Shown piece by piece: positions 1 to 15,359 of a stretch of 64,000 nt of DNA (position 1 is the first letter of the stretch; every line of letters begins with the position of its first letter). The notes beneath the pieces were generated by a model. The model did not search any database. It worked only from the letters and a program-made list of their open reading frames with translations, and was not told the origin of the DNA. The translations under genes were made by a program, and so were the position numbers. Source of the stretch: Adineta vaga (taxonomy: Eukaryota > Animalia > Rotifera); the NCBI GenBank assembly GCA_021613535.1, contig CP075495.1, forward strand, positions 3,906,001 through 3,970,000. Direction: 5' to 3'.

Positions 1-2197
1 AAGCTTTTGTTGCGAGACTTGGTGCTTTCGGTATCGGTTCATCAATATAAACAACACGATCAACTTGATGATCTATTTGAGCAACTTGATCAGATTTTTT
101 GGTAATCGGTTTTTCATTTTGACTTTGTTGATAATGAATTTTTGATTGAATTTGTTCATCGACTCGTCGTTTTACTTCTCGATCACGTTGACGTTCACGT
201 TCTAAATCGCTAGACGAAAAAACAACAACAACAACAACGAAACAGTTCATTTTTTTCAGCGAATTTAATTTGAACTTTACCGATCGATAGAAATAACACT
301 ATCAGCATCACCATCATCATTGTTCGCATCCCATGCAAGATAGCTTTTGTTTCCACCTTGACCTGTTTGTAATTGAAGTGTATGATTACGATTGAAATGA
401 TCAGTTTCGGCGTTAGTACGATATTCATCAGCGTGTTTCCGAGCAGATTTTAATTCTTTATACCAAAATAAATTCGGATTGAAACCTGATTCTTCCTAAA
501 AAAACAAAGAAGAAATAGACAGATTACAACTGTTCTTGAAATCTTCACTAGGGATTCTCTTTTCAGCTATAGAAATCGTCAAGAAACGAACCGTTTCAGC
601 ATCTTTATACCATTTGCCATTTTTATAATCAAACCGCCAGAAAGGTTTATACGTTGCTTGATATTCCGATTTCCAACGTCTAAAAAGAATATGAATTCAT
701 GTTTTTTTCTTTCATATTCAAATTATTTATTCAAACCGCAAATTTCCACGTGGATGTTTTTGCCGAAAATCCTTTCCAAATTGAACATCACCACCAGCAC
801 CTTCATCATCTGTATGTGCATGTTCGGCTCGAGCAATTTCTTTACGTTTCTATAAAATGAATCATGGTTTTAGAAGAAAAGATGCATAATGTAATGAAAT
901 AATTTACTCTTTCTTCAGCTTGTTCAGCTTCAAATGCTTTACGAGTACGTGGTTTCTTTTCGCCATCGATTGGTTTATAACGTGATTGATATTCACTAAC
1001 TGGATTTTTATTTATTTGACTGACCGGAACTGGACCAGGAACAGCACGATTAATTATCTGCTGTCGAGATTTATCAACATCGATATCAATACGTGGAGGT
1101 GGGTTGATAGGAACAGAAGTTTTTTCTATAAGAATCTTTTCCGATGGATCAATTACGGTAAATGGTAAGACAGGATCAGAGCGACGATCACGCTAAATAA
1201 ATAGAAGAACATTTTTGTTAATATGATTTCTTTTAATTTAATCTTATCCACATACCACTTTCGCATCTTCCACCAGCATCTGATCACTTATTAAATCTCC
1301 CAATGGTTGTTTCCAAAGATATTGTTGTTGATATTCACTTTGTGGACCGATTCGATTCTAGATAATTTGAAATTATCCGAAACTTTCTTAAAGAGGAAAA
1401 AAATTCTATTTACTCGAACAGGAACCGTTTCACGGCCTATTTGTGGATCAAATGATACAAATGGAGCTCGTTTTAGTTCCTAAATTCAAATGATAGACAG
1501 ATATGACACTAAGTTAATCTTTCAAGGTCACTTACAGTTTGAATACCACATGAATGATTATCACTTCGATGTCGATCTCCTGGAATCTACAATTCAATAA
1601 AAGAGAAAAGTTTACTTCTATTTAAAACACTATACATCGAAAGTTTTAGTCATACGATTCGCAATAAGAATGAATTAACTCTTTCGTTCTTTGAAAAACA
1701 ATAGATATCCTATCATATATAATTACTTACTCGAGGTGAAATATCCCGAACTGGTTTTCTTAATGGATAAACAGCATTATCTTGAAATTTTTCATTTCTT
1801 CCTAAAAGAGCATATTCTCGTGGTTTTGCTACTCGAGCATTGTCTTGAACGGGCTGTCGTAATCGATAGAGATGTGAATTAGAAAACTTTTCATTTGGAC
1901 CAATAACCGCAAAATTATTATTATTTCGATTTGGTGATGAATGAGCACGACGACGAGCTGGTGATAACGATGATGAACGCTTTATCGGAACTAGAAGAAA
2001 GAAATGTTAAGAACGTATAAAAGAAATATCTTTCAAAAGACAAACCATCAACTAATTTTCGTTCTTGTTTCGTATAATCATCGACTGGTCTTGGTGTTCG
2101 TTTTTGAAAATTACGTTGATATTCCGTCTAAATTTGTTTGAGAAAAATATTGACTTAAAATAAACCTGATCATTCTTTGCCTTACTTGATACTTCAT
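1..2197 (-). CDS. MDM1: MDM1-like centriolar/microtubule-binding protein, multi-exon, 3' end runs off the window
   Basis: Spliced start MKYQ|TEYQRNFQKR. Repeated SEYQ motifs (SEYQQQYLWKQP, SEYQSRYKP, SEYQATYKPFW). Block LFWYKELKSARKHADEYRTNAETDHFNRNH resembles MDM1 WYAEVKELREKAEFYRKRVQGTHFSRDH. Confidence 0.75.
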
Positions 2198-2513
2198 TTT
2201 GCGGTAAAAGAAATCAAAATATACCGCATATTCCAGCGTCACCCGCCATTCTTTCTCTCTCTCCATGAACAATCCAGTTGTCATGTCAACATAATCCAAA
2301 AGAAATCCATTTGTTCAATTAATCTATAAACAGAAAGAAATGAAGTTTAAAACATATAGAATTTCAAGTTTTTTATTTTTAAAACATTCTTCATCAAAAT
2401 AAAAATGAAAAAAGCTGACATCTATTGATTGAAGTCGAACAAAGAGATCTTGTTTCAAAAAAGTTCGCTCTACATTTCTACATTCATCTACTAATAATCT
2501 ATTCTTATCAATT

Positions 2514-3462
2514 ATGAGCAAACATCGCGATTTTACACGATTATCTCGATCAGGTACTGAGTAGATTTTTGTATAGGAATCGTTCTTTTCTATTTAATTT
2601 GATCATATAGGTCACAAACCAATAGATTATAGAGCTCGAAAACGTTTAGAAGAACTTTACTTGTTAACAGATGAATTACTTCAAGAACAGAGTACAAAAG
2701 ATGACAAATATGATTATAAATTATACAAAAAATATAAACGATTAAAAGAAATGAATCGAAAATTACAAGAAAAAATTATTAATCAACATTGTTCAGGTTG
2801 TAAATGCCGTAAACGGCAACAATCATCTGAAATAGATGAAAATGATGTTGTAACATTTATTGATCTTACAAATTCAACGGAAACCAAAAACAAACAGAAA
2901 AATCGTGAGTTGTTTATTTTAATCTTCATATCTTGAAGATTCTTCTGTTTTTAATTAGCTTCAATTGATGATTCGAGAAAAAATGAAGCTTCATCTGAAG
3001 AAGAAGATGATTCAATGGATGCTACTGATGATATCATTGAAGAAGTACAAAAAGGTAGATATGAAAAAGAATTCTTATTTCCATTCTAAGCTATATTTGA
3101 ATTTTTCAAGAAATCAATTCGATCACAATGTATTTTCTCTCTCTTTTTTCGTTTTAGAAAATTATTTAGCTAATCTTCCACAAATTTTACAACATATTAC
3201 TCGAATGAAAGTTAAAGAAAGTAACAATGAGAAGAATTATCTATTAAAAATTGGTCTATATCCAGCTTTATGTAGTTATCTTCGTAATAAATCTAAACCT
3301 TTGAACAGTTTACCACCAGTTTCAAGTATACAATCATTAATCAATGATCATGTAAAACTTGATGAAAACAATGATGAAGACATGCTCAGATGCGTAAGAC
3401 GAGAAGTGTGTACGTTACGACGAGCTTATAAAACTGAACTTGCAAAGCAACGAGATAAATAG
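2514..3462 (+). CDS. Uncharacterised protein: coiled coil, acidic linker, C-terminal helical domain (possibly BEN-like)
   Basis: ATG at 2514; exons joined by GT-AG introns (MSKHRDF...KLYKKYKRLKEMNRKLQEK...SSEEEDDS...MLRCVRREVCTLRRAYK). No family recognised with confidence. Confidence 0.6.
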
Positions 3463-4173
3463 CATAGAGAAAAATATAAATCTCGTATGTGTTTGTGTAA
3501 TGAAATGCTTCATTTTTTTGTATTGATGATCAATGAACTGTTTTTGTGATATAATTGTAAAAAGTAAACAATATAACTTATTTCATTAAATCTAGCAGAA
3601 ATTAAACTGAATATTTAATTAAAAAAAACAAGAAGTTTTATCGTAGAACAATTCATTGCAACATAAATATATATTTTATGTATCAGATGTTTCCATCAGA
3701 CGCATCTAACGGCATTTGAATATTCAATTTCAAAAAAATCGATCGAAGGTTTTTTGTTTTATTGTTGTAAAAAGTTCAAAAAACTCTTGTTCTTTAATTA
3801 TGTTCTTTTTTTTCTTGCCTTCTTTTTCTATCAATCCGATTAGAACCTTATCAAAAATACTAATACCTTTCATTGTTATTAATCACAAAACTGTCTCCAT
3901 ATCGGATACTAATATTAATAACATGCAATACTAATCGTCTTTATAACTATACAAGACAGACGTTGTTCTACGTCATTTCTGGCCTTGTTTTTTCTTCAAA
4001 TATTTTGAGCACTGTATTTTCAATATACAAAACATTAACCGGAATATAAATATAGATGTACAATAATATAAAGAGAGAAAAGAGAAGAAGAGAAAAAAAT
4101 GTTTGTCTTCTGTATAACTGACAAATGAATCTATGTGTAAGAAAATCAACGAAATTAATTGAATTGATCTGTG

Positions 4174-4692
4174 TTAAAGTATATCGGGCAATTGACATGA
4201 ACCAGATGTTTCCGGTTTAATACACATATTACACATGGGACATGTACAATTATTTTGTAGCCAAGGTGATAAACAACGTTTATGAAATGCATGTTCACAT
4301 GGACATACAGCGATTTCTTCATCTTCATAGAAATCTTCGAGACAAATAACACAATTCTAAATTATCGAAATAATTATTTTTGATGATTAAAATTGAATTA
4401 AGAAAACATACTGAATTTTTCACTTTACATCGCATATATTGATCTTTTCGATAACCTTTTTCTCTCAAGGTATCTCGTCTTAATCTATATGACGAAGGAG
4501 AATGTTTCATTATTTCGAGAAAATGAACTAAACTTACCGCCATAAATAACAACAAAAACATAAACTTAAACAGAGTGTTGTTAAACCAACCCCAAATATG
4601 GGTAACGAAATGTAGTTGGTATTGCTGTTAATATATTACCCATCGGTTTGGACTATATTAACAAAAATTAATAAGAAATACTTGAGTAACAT
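4174..4692 (-). CDS. RNF24/RNF122-like transmembrane RING-H2 E3 ligase
   Basis: Spliced MLLNNTNYISLPIFGVGLTTLCLSLCFCCYLWRLRR (TM helix with FCCY), then RING-H2 CVICLEDF...CPCEHAFHKRCLSPWLQNNCTCPMC. Confidence 0.85.
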
Positions 4693-5283
4693 TTTTGTTT
4701 CTTTTTTTTTCTCGCGCAACACTTAATAATAACAAAGCGACAATGACATTGACGGCGTTCTTATATATATGATTATAGTTATTATTTATTGTGTTTGTTT
4801 CTCGTTTCTTTTTTTTTCTATCACGGAAAGGAATGAGAAGATTGGTTTGTTTCCCAAATCAACATCTGATCCATTCAGATCAATTCTTTAGAAAAGAAAA
4901 GTCGGGGAAAACTTTTTTTCAAAAGAAATTTTTATGATGATTTCAAATGAATATGAAAAGCTAAGTAAAATGAACTTTTCAGATAAGGAAGTTTATCATA
5001 ATTTTGTGCGACATCTACTTCCGGCATATTCGTCATAGTAGTTATAGAATACGAACTTAGTTTGATGTTATCAAATCGAATGATGTCGAAATATATAACG
5101 TTAAGAAAACCATTTATTCATCAATCTTTATTTATAATGCATATCATAATGTATCGATCTATATTAATATAAATGAATACCTACAAGCGATACTATTTTA
5201 CTGTTCGTTGAGAAAGTGTGGTAAAACGAATTAGTTTTTTTGTTTTTGAAAAGATGATGCATTTTTTCCGATTTTGAAATCAA

Positions 5284-6277
5284 TTAATTTACAATGATAT
5301 TCTTTTTACAAAAAAGACAAGGTCCACTTGCTGTTGTTGTATTGATTCGTTCATCAACAACGATATCTAATACATTACAAGTATTTCTTTGTGGAACTTT
5401 TTTTCTTAACCAACTTGTCCAACATTTTTCATGATATTGTTTATAACAGTTGATTGTTTCACAATAAATAATCGAACTATTTTGTTGATCAACAGTTGAT
5501 TCATAACATATGCTACATTCTTGTTGTTGTTCATCTACTGTTTGCGATTTGGATTTGAAAAATAGATTCGTAGGAAAAGTTATATCTAATACATGTTCAA
5601 GATTCAATATGATATTTGAATGAGCTTCATTCCAATGATGACGATTTTCTTCGAGATGTTCATCAAAGGAACGAATAAGCATGGATGGACCATGAAAAAT
5701 AAGTGAAGGAAAAGCAGATGGATTGTATGGATCAAGCTACAATGAAAATATCGAAATAATTCTTAGAAATTATTAAAATTTCTACCTGAATTTGTACATG
5801 TACATTATCATTAATCTTTAATCGACGAGTAGTTGAAGAATAGGAGATCGGTTTTTCATCTAAGACAATAGCATCACGTTCTAATTCATTTAATTGTGCC
5901 CAAAATGTTTGTAAACTATCAATAGTTGAATGGAAATTACTCAATATTTCGATAAGTCGACTTGTTTTTGGACACCATGTTTCAACAATGAAATCAACAG
6001 GAAGATTTGTACGACAACGTGGTCGTTCATTTGGCCATCGTTGTGGTATATCAATATATAAATCATGTGAACGATCACCTAAATCAATATATGTATGATG
6101 AAGGGTAAGTATTGAACCATTGGAAGAAGAAGAAGTAGATAAATGAATGGATGACCAACCAATTTCTTCAATATGAGAAAGTAGAAGAAGAAAAGCTTGA
6201 GTATCATGAACAAATTGAGTAGAATTAGCTGTATTTAACGAAGAATTTGCAGCAAAAATTGAAAGAAGAGAATCCAT
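5284..6277 (-). CDS. FANCL: Fanconi anemia group L E3 ubiquitin ligase (DRWD + RING), two exons
   Basis: LLSHIEEIGW, FWAQLNELERDAIVLDE, LDPYNPSAFP, NLEHVLDITFP, then ECSICY...CETINCYKQYHEKCWTSWL...GPCLFCKKNI. Confidence 0.9.
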
Positions 6278-6508
6278 ATCTAAATGAAATTATATCCCAC
6301 ATGACAACGATATGAAAAGTATTATATAAGATGTGTCGACAGACATCAATAGAATCTGATAGTTATGATTTCATTCATTATTTTTTATCATTTTTTCCGA
6401 AACTAGAAATCATTTTTCAGTTCAATCAAAAAAGATAGAATTAATTGTTTTGTATAGAATGTATTTTTTTTTCGAGAAAAACAACAAAACAGAACACATT
6501 AATCAAAT

Positions 6509-7552
6509 CTATTTTTTATCATAAATTCCCGGTATATCTACTAAGAATTTTTTCGCTTTGAATTTTCTTTGAAACACTTTTGTATGTAATGGTGGTTTTC
6601 GAAATTGTTCCAATTTTTTCACACGATCTTGTAATCGTAAATATGGATCTTTTTCATATTGTTCACGTGTAAATACATTATGTACTTTGCCATGTCGAAG
6701 CATATTCTGTTGAATAAATGTTGGTGGCGTTAGTGGTTGAAGATTTTCACCTGGCATATATGGATTTTCCACTTGTTTGACTTCATCTCCGAGTACAGTT
6801 GAATGTACATAACCATCAGTGCGACGATGCACAACATTCGAATCGATTTTTGTTGCTTCACCAAATGATGTTTGAGTACGATGTGGTTGAAGATGACGAT
6901 ATTGATACGTATTTTTACTCAATGGAAAGTAACCTTCTTTATTATCTCGTTCCCATTCAGTTTCAAAAGTATCTAGAGAAATATGTTCTGTTGAGAAATT
7001 GGCTTCATTCGATTGAGAAGTTATTTCTGGAAATTTTTCTTCAGCACCTAGAATAGACGAAATAATCGACATTTAAGTATAATACAAAAAACAAGATTTA
7101 TTTTTATTCGATTGAATCCATCTAAATTTCATTCACATACCTATTTTAAACATAATTGGATGTCCATGTTGTTGTAAATATTCTAATGTTAATCGAAATA
7201 ATTTTGAATGTGAAATGGATGTTTTCTGTTTAGATTTTAATTTGAAATATTCATCAATAAAGACTTGAGAACGAGATTTTCGATCATTATTTTTCAATTT
7301 TATGATTTCACCATCTTCAATATTTTCATAATAAGCTTGACGAATAATATCTTCATCGTATAGAATCTTTGGTGGTTCATAGGCTTTCGGTACATCACCT
7401 TCAGTTAATGTTAAATATCGTGGTTCACGTATCGGTGGAAAACGTTTATAAATTGAATACCATATTGGAATATCTGCACTTTTTAAATGTCCACCTTCGA
7501 TCATACCAGATAGACGAGAAAAAATCGAGCCAACTTTCCATAATCGACTCAT
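6509..7552 (-). CDS. MRPS23: Mitochondrial ribosomal protein mS23 with long C-terminal extension (two exons)
   Basis: MSRLWKVGSIFSRLSGMIEGG...PIWYSIYKRFPP...ILYDEDIIR...SRSQVFIDEY. Donor ATAG|gtatgt near 7140 joins acceptor ctag|GTGCT near 7048 in frame with ORF 6509-7072. Confidence 0.8.
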
Positions 7553-8137
7553 ACTAAATAGATAATCTAAAAGAACAAGGCGATTAAAAAAAGAGGCCTT
7601 GTAACTGCCATGAAAAATCGTGATTCTCTGTCAATAACAACGAAAATAATGTCCGATACTTTCTTTTAATTCCCTTTTCTTTCTTACAAATATGATTCTC
7701 ATCGAAATGACATGGTTCTCATTTCTTTTTTTTTCTTTCAACTTTAACAATTTCGTCATTTTTTTCATCTATTATTATTATTGTAATAATCACGACAAGA
7801 GCAGGTGATATAGTGTTGCTTTTTAATTAAGTGTCTATGTTTTGACTAACGCAAAGAAGAAATATTTCATTATGACAGCAGCAGCAACAACAACAACAAC
7901 AAATATATTTTTTAGTTCATCAGCTGGGTAAGTTTTGTTTTGTAATAGAATTTCGAATTATCTGAATAAGAAAAAGAATAGCGGATCTTACATTGTTGTT
8001 GAAATCAAATAAAACAAAACTAATCAATTGAGATTTACTGTTATACATTGACAAAATCAAATGAAAAGAAACAAAAACCATATGTAATTGCATGAATAAA
8101 AATAATGTTCTTTTCTTTTGGAAGGCGAAATTTTGTT

Positions 8138-9329
8138 CTATGTACTGACAATTTCTTCTTCAAGATAACGTTCAACTTCTTGTAATAAGGATTTAACAAT
8201 AGGTTGTAAATATTTTTCAATAACAAGATAATCAGCTTCAGCTATAATTGGTTCTCGTTCTAATTCATCTCGCATATGTTCACGTAAAAGTAGACGAAAT
8301 GCTTTTTCTGAACCTTGAAAATTTGGAGCATATTTTTTCTGAAATAAATCTAGGCGATTTTTTTCTTGACGTTGAATTTCTTGTTCTATATCATCGAACA
8401 TTTTCGATTTAAATATTCGTTCACGTTTCCATAATTCATTTAACATAGTCAATGAACGATTGAGAAAATCAATATGTTTACTTTGATCATTATGAGAAGA
8501 ATCAATTACTAAATAACGATGTCCACATGCTTCAAGTAATGCTTGTTGTTTACATTCTTTGTTTATCCATTCATCAACAGATATACCTTTCTTTTGAAGA
8601 CGATCAATAAATGAAAAAACAACGATAGATTGATCTAAGGCTTCAGCACCTAAATTAGAATATGGTAATAGTTTACAACACGAATATATAATTAATTAGT
8701 TTTTTTCTTTTCTTCTCTTCCGATCATACAAAAGAAGTTCAGTTAGTGAGGAGAATTATGAGAAAAAAAAGTAATCCGACAAATAAATCTCTAGTTTATT
8801 AATAGAATAGAAATTTTACTGAGACTTCTGAAAGATTTTTTCCTATTGAATCATTTCGTTTCTTACCGAATACAGTAGTAACAATTTGTTTCATATCAAA
8901 TCGTTCGTTTTTGGCATCATCACAACTGAGTATAAGAAAGATTGCATGTGGACCTGGACTAACAAGTGATACACATTTAGCAAGTCGTCTCATATCTTGA
9001 TCATTAGATGTTGCATCTTTCAATATAAACAAAGGCTACAATGAAAAAGAAGTATAAATATCTTTGATATTTTGTGTTTTAATATGAAAAGAATGACATA
9101 CTGGAGCATCGACGACGAGTAAATGCTTGCCAATAAGAATTTTTTTATTAGTAAAATGTCTTGATTGTGTAGTTGGTGTAGCAGAATTAATAGAACTTGA
9201 TGCACCAACAGGAAAGACATTTAAACCAGCTAGAATATTTGCAACAGACGATTTGCCTGTTTTAGGAGCTCCGATAAGAAGTAAACGAATTTCTTCTGTT
9301 GCAGGTGGTGAAGAATTATCTGAGGTCAT
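8138..9329 (-). CDS. GIMAP/AIG1-family GTPase (three exons)
   Basis: EIRLLLIGAPKTGKSSVANILAG (G1), LLVVDAP, CVSLVSPGPHAIFLIL, LLEACGHRYLVID, helical C-terminus. Confidence 0.9.
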
Positions 9330-9835
9330 GATTTTAAAATATTAAATAATACACACGTAAAAGACAGATGATGGATGCAAATTGTGAAAAAGAAGAAGAA
9401 AAATCAAGAATAGGCAATAGATTTAAGGATAATTTCGATTGGGTTATTTTTTATCCATATAGAAAATAAAAATGTCAATTTTTACTTGAAAAAAGTTAAG
9501 AAACATAATGGGAAAGTTAGGTATTGTATAATTAGTAAACAATTAATAAGTATTCGATAGATTTTCGATGATTTTTATCGAATACTAACGACATCTGTAG
9601 GTTAACAATGAGATATTTTTCGAAAACATACCTAGAAAAACAATGAATAGTTGAAAAGATTGATTATTTCAGATCATTATAAACACTCCGTATTGTAATA
9701 GGAATCTGACTGAACAGAAATTATTATTATAAGACCAATACAGAATAAATATCAATTTCTTCTTGATTAAGTAATCAATAATGGAGAAAACAAATCATCT
9801 GCTTATCGAAATTAATACTTATATCACCTTACAAA

Positions 9836-11011
9836 ATGACTGTTGATTGTCAAAGATCAATCTCAATTTTGTTCACGTATATCGTATATTATTTCTAGTC
9901 GTAAATTCAATTAGAAAAGAAACCAAAAAAGTTCGCCTTTTTTTTCTAAAAATTGAACAACTTTCTTTACATAATTCATTGTTGATACTCGATCATAACC
10001 AACCATATATACACGTCGTCTTTCGCTCGCTCTCTCTCTCTCCCTCTCATTCTCGATTACATTTTCTATTGAACAAGTGTTAAAAATACTTCTTTTCATA
10101 GAGTAAAGATGCAGTGTCGACTTCATTAAAGTGCATAACAACGAAGTATCAAATGAAATAACAAAGATACATGAAGCATTTTTTTTCTGTACTCTATACT
10201 AATTTAATCACTTATACATTGAATGATTCAACTTTTCATATAATACGAATGACCTGTAGTAATAGTCAAGAATGTTTTCAATGGATTGATCAAGTTCCGA
10301 TATCATTCACTGAATTGAAATCAATTCTTTCGACATTAACAAGCAAAGAAACAATAAAGTGTTTAGATTCACTTCTTCTCCTTTCTATTAAAATAATTCT
10401 ATCTGTTCATTCATTGATTTCAATAGACTCTCAACATCGACATCAACTGATGCTCAACGTCGATCAAAATCTCAAAATAAAAAACCAGACCGACAACGTT
10501 TTATCCAGAATCAACTCTATGGTAATGCAGTCATCAATTCCTTTCTTATTTCATCCTCAACAAATGCAATTCGTAGTACACGACAAGGTAAATTGAATAA
10601 GAAAAAAAAGAATTGAAATTATTCTAACTCTATATCATATAGATTTAGAGATACCTGATGTCTTAGTTCCACCAAAACGTTATGTTTCTTCATTTAAAAC
10701 ACTTGTTCATTCAACAAATAATAAACAAACACAGCGATTAAATTATATTAATGATAGTGTCATGATTTTTAAACTATCAAAAGAACGTAAGAAAAAAAAA
10801 GATAAATATTGAAGAAATTCCTATCTCTTATTGAATGAATAGAATCAAACAATAGTTCAGTGGTAAATTCACAAATACCAAATAAATCAATATCTTTATC
10901 ACCAACAAATACAATGGTATCGATTAAAACTCAACAACAGCAACAACCTCCTTCACCCGTCCGATTGAGTCCAGTATTAAAGATTGAAGGACAAAGTAAA
11001 TTTGATGTTTG
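9836..11011 (+). CDS. Uncharacterised multi-exon protein, possible PH-like segment followed by Ser/Gln-rich tail; boundaries uncertain
   Basis: Open exons linked by GT-AG introns at about 10588-10642 and 10787-10842. The segment FHIIRMTCSNSQECFQWIDQV resembles a PH C-terminal helix. Confidence 0.45.
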
Positions 11012-11343
11012 CTAGAAAAATGAGACATAAGAATTGATTTTTATTTTAGTTTATTCTAATATTTTGATTATGTTCTTTAGCATATGTAGTGTGATGTGAG
11101 AGAATGAGAAAAATGAGAAGAAAGTCTACTTTGAGTTATAATGGTGAAAGAAGAGAATGATTTGACGAGACAAGCCGAATGCAAACGAGTAAGAAGAAAA
11201 ACTGACAACGTTTAATGTTAAGAAATAAAACGTACACAGAAACTGTCGAGAAGTCAGTTGAATAGCAATAAAAAAAATTCTCTTTCTCTATCTTTTTTTT
11301 CTTTCGCTTTCTTATTACAGTACTGATTGTAAATTTTACGTAC

Positions 11344-11963
11344 ATGTCCGTTGTTTATTATACATTAGAACGTCGAGTAATTCATCATGATTCTTCAATA
11401 ACGATTCCACCACCTCCAATCGATCTCTCTCTAACATCAAATCAAATGACAACGAGTGCTAGTAATCATCATCATCATCAACAGCCATCACATTCATCTA
11501 TGTTCTCATATCGAAGTGCTGCAGCTGGTGGAAATACTGTTCGACAACGAGCAATAGCTGATCCTCCATCGAATAGTTTATTGATTACAGCTGAACGATT
11601 TAAAACAAATTTAACATCAACAATGCGTCCAACAAGACAACAATCCATATCAACATTACCATATCTATCATCTCAACAGACACAAAAAAATGTATCACAA
11701 AATATTCGTTCACGCATTCAACTAGATAAATTAAAAACTTCTCCAAGTAATTTTTAATGAAAATATGTTCTTTACAAAATACTATTTTTGTAGATAATTA
11801 TGAATATGCCGATCCATTTACTAATTGTTCACAAGATTTATTAAACAAATTCGCACATCTTACTAAACTTCAATTAGATACAATTGAATGGGAAAAGAGA
11901 AAACGTTTTACAAAGAAAAAACCTATTTCAAATGCATTTTTTCAAGGGAAAGACAGTCCATAG
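11344..11963 (+). CDS. Uncharacterised protein, about 186 aa, two exons
   Basis: ORFs 11344 and 11757 are joined by intron CCAA|gtaatt...tgtag|ATAAT. C-terminal block YADPFTNCSQDLLNKFAHLTKLQLDTIEWEKRKR looks conserved. Confidence 0.7.
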
Positions 11964-13389
11964 AAAAAGTATTTATTGCTCGATGTGTAATATCGTTGAA
12001 TTTGAAAATTTTCATTCCTATTTTTGTTTTGTCAATTGAAAGAAAAAAATAAAAATAATGTGTTTTTCTTACAGAAAAAAAAATACTCATTTCATATGTT
12101 TTTAGTTGAATTGATTCGTTTGTTGATCGAACGAATGACATGTTGAAATAAGAATAAAAATCAATAAATAAATAATATATTTTCGAATCTTTAATGCTTC
12201 TAAAAATACTTAACAATGGTATAAAAACAAGAAATTTTAAAAATAATCGAAGAATTTCAGATTATACTAGGCATCAACTTTACAATTGATGTTGAGGATA
12301 AAATCTTCATCGTTTGCAGTTAGACATAGTACACTTGATTGTGAATTCGAAAGTGAAATTTTCAAGTAATGATCTACTACATTGCAATGAAAATACTATC
12401 AGTGGATTTTGAATTATTTCTGAATATCGTCGAAGATTATATTCAAGAGTTCTTCTACCTGAAAGTTTTATGAAAAAGTTCCGAACTCATGCCGTCATTT
12501 GAGTGCAATAAAATGAGTAACTTAATTACATTTTATAACTTTTTTATATATGAGAATACCTGTGAGATAAATGAATATATGAAAAATTGATACACGCGAC
12601 CTGTATGATTTTTACAATGTTCTTTGACAATTGATAATGTACCGTATGAAATAAATATTGTTACAGGTGTATCAAAATAGACGGATTTCAAATATAATAA
12701 TAATTCAAGATGAGCTTATAAGAAGATGTATTTCAATAAAGAAGATCAATTTTCTTTCTAACTATTAGAATGATTTAACTTAATTATCATTGAAAAAAAA
12801 GACGTCTTCGAAAGCAAAGAACAAAACCTATCAACCTTTCTACATAAACTATTACAATGTAGCTATTTCCAGCAAATAATAAATCTATTATCAGACAGTG
12901 TTGTTTTCCTTTTTTTTTTAGGAAAAAATAAAAGTCACGAGATAGTTATAGACTCATCCTGCTCAGAGTTGAAATCCTCCTTTGATTTATTCATTAGACA
13001 GATTTTTAATGCTTCAATGAGAAAATATTTTCCAAACAAACTTTATTCTACAATAAATCTATTTTTATCATTATTCAAACTTCTTTATCATGCTTAATAA
13101 TCTAAAAATAAACAACAATTCTTCGCACTAACAATCGGAAGGAAGTTTCCATTTTCTAGTGAAAATCCTTTGATATTCGATAATGATAATAACAATGCAA
13201 ATATTAATTAGCCTGTCTGTATTCTGTGATTTGTCAAAAAGAACAAATCTATTTAAAATAGAACAGAAATCGAAAAAAAAAGATATATATTTGTTAATTT
13301 GTTCTGCTAAAATTAGTGTACAATTTTTTGAAGAAATTAAAAGAGATTCACAACAAATAATGAAAACATCTGAAGAAGAATATTTTTGT

Positions 13390-15010
<1,621 letters not shown>

Positions 15011-15325
15011 GTCGAAGAATTTACGAATAAAATGATTGACACTAAAAATGAGAAGATCATTAGTTATTTGAAATTCTCAGCGAATGATAACAAAAGTTCG
15101 TAGAAATGTTTTCTCACTCTTTAGTAAATTCTATTTTACAAGTATTCTTAAAATAGATTCTATTTTGACTCTGAAGATCAACATCAATTATCTTGATAGT
15201 CTCGAAAATAGAATGTTCTTATTCTTATCTGAATATCTTCTAAACATTCTTCTCATTTCTTCTATTTCCTTTAATCTAATACTTTCCTACGTATACACAG
15301 ATGTTTTGCAGAAAATTCTTTCATT

Positions 15326-15359
<34 letters not shown>

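Noticed and set aside
6509-7552. Two ORFs 60 bp apart read as separate operon genes
   Set aside because: A canonical GT-AG intron joins them in frame, so a single gene is simpler.
9549-9586. 11-bp inverted repeat AGTATTCGATA...TATCGAATACT between divergent genes
   Set aside because: Short, AT-rich, no TSD or second copy seen; it may be chance.
11744-11795. TAATG stop/start overlap suggesting bacterial-style translational coupling
   Set aside because: The overlap lies inside a short GT-AG intron that joins both ORFs in frame.
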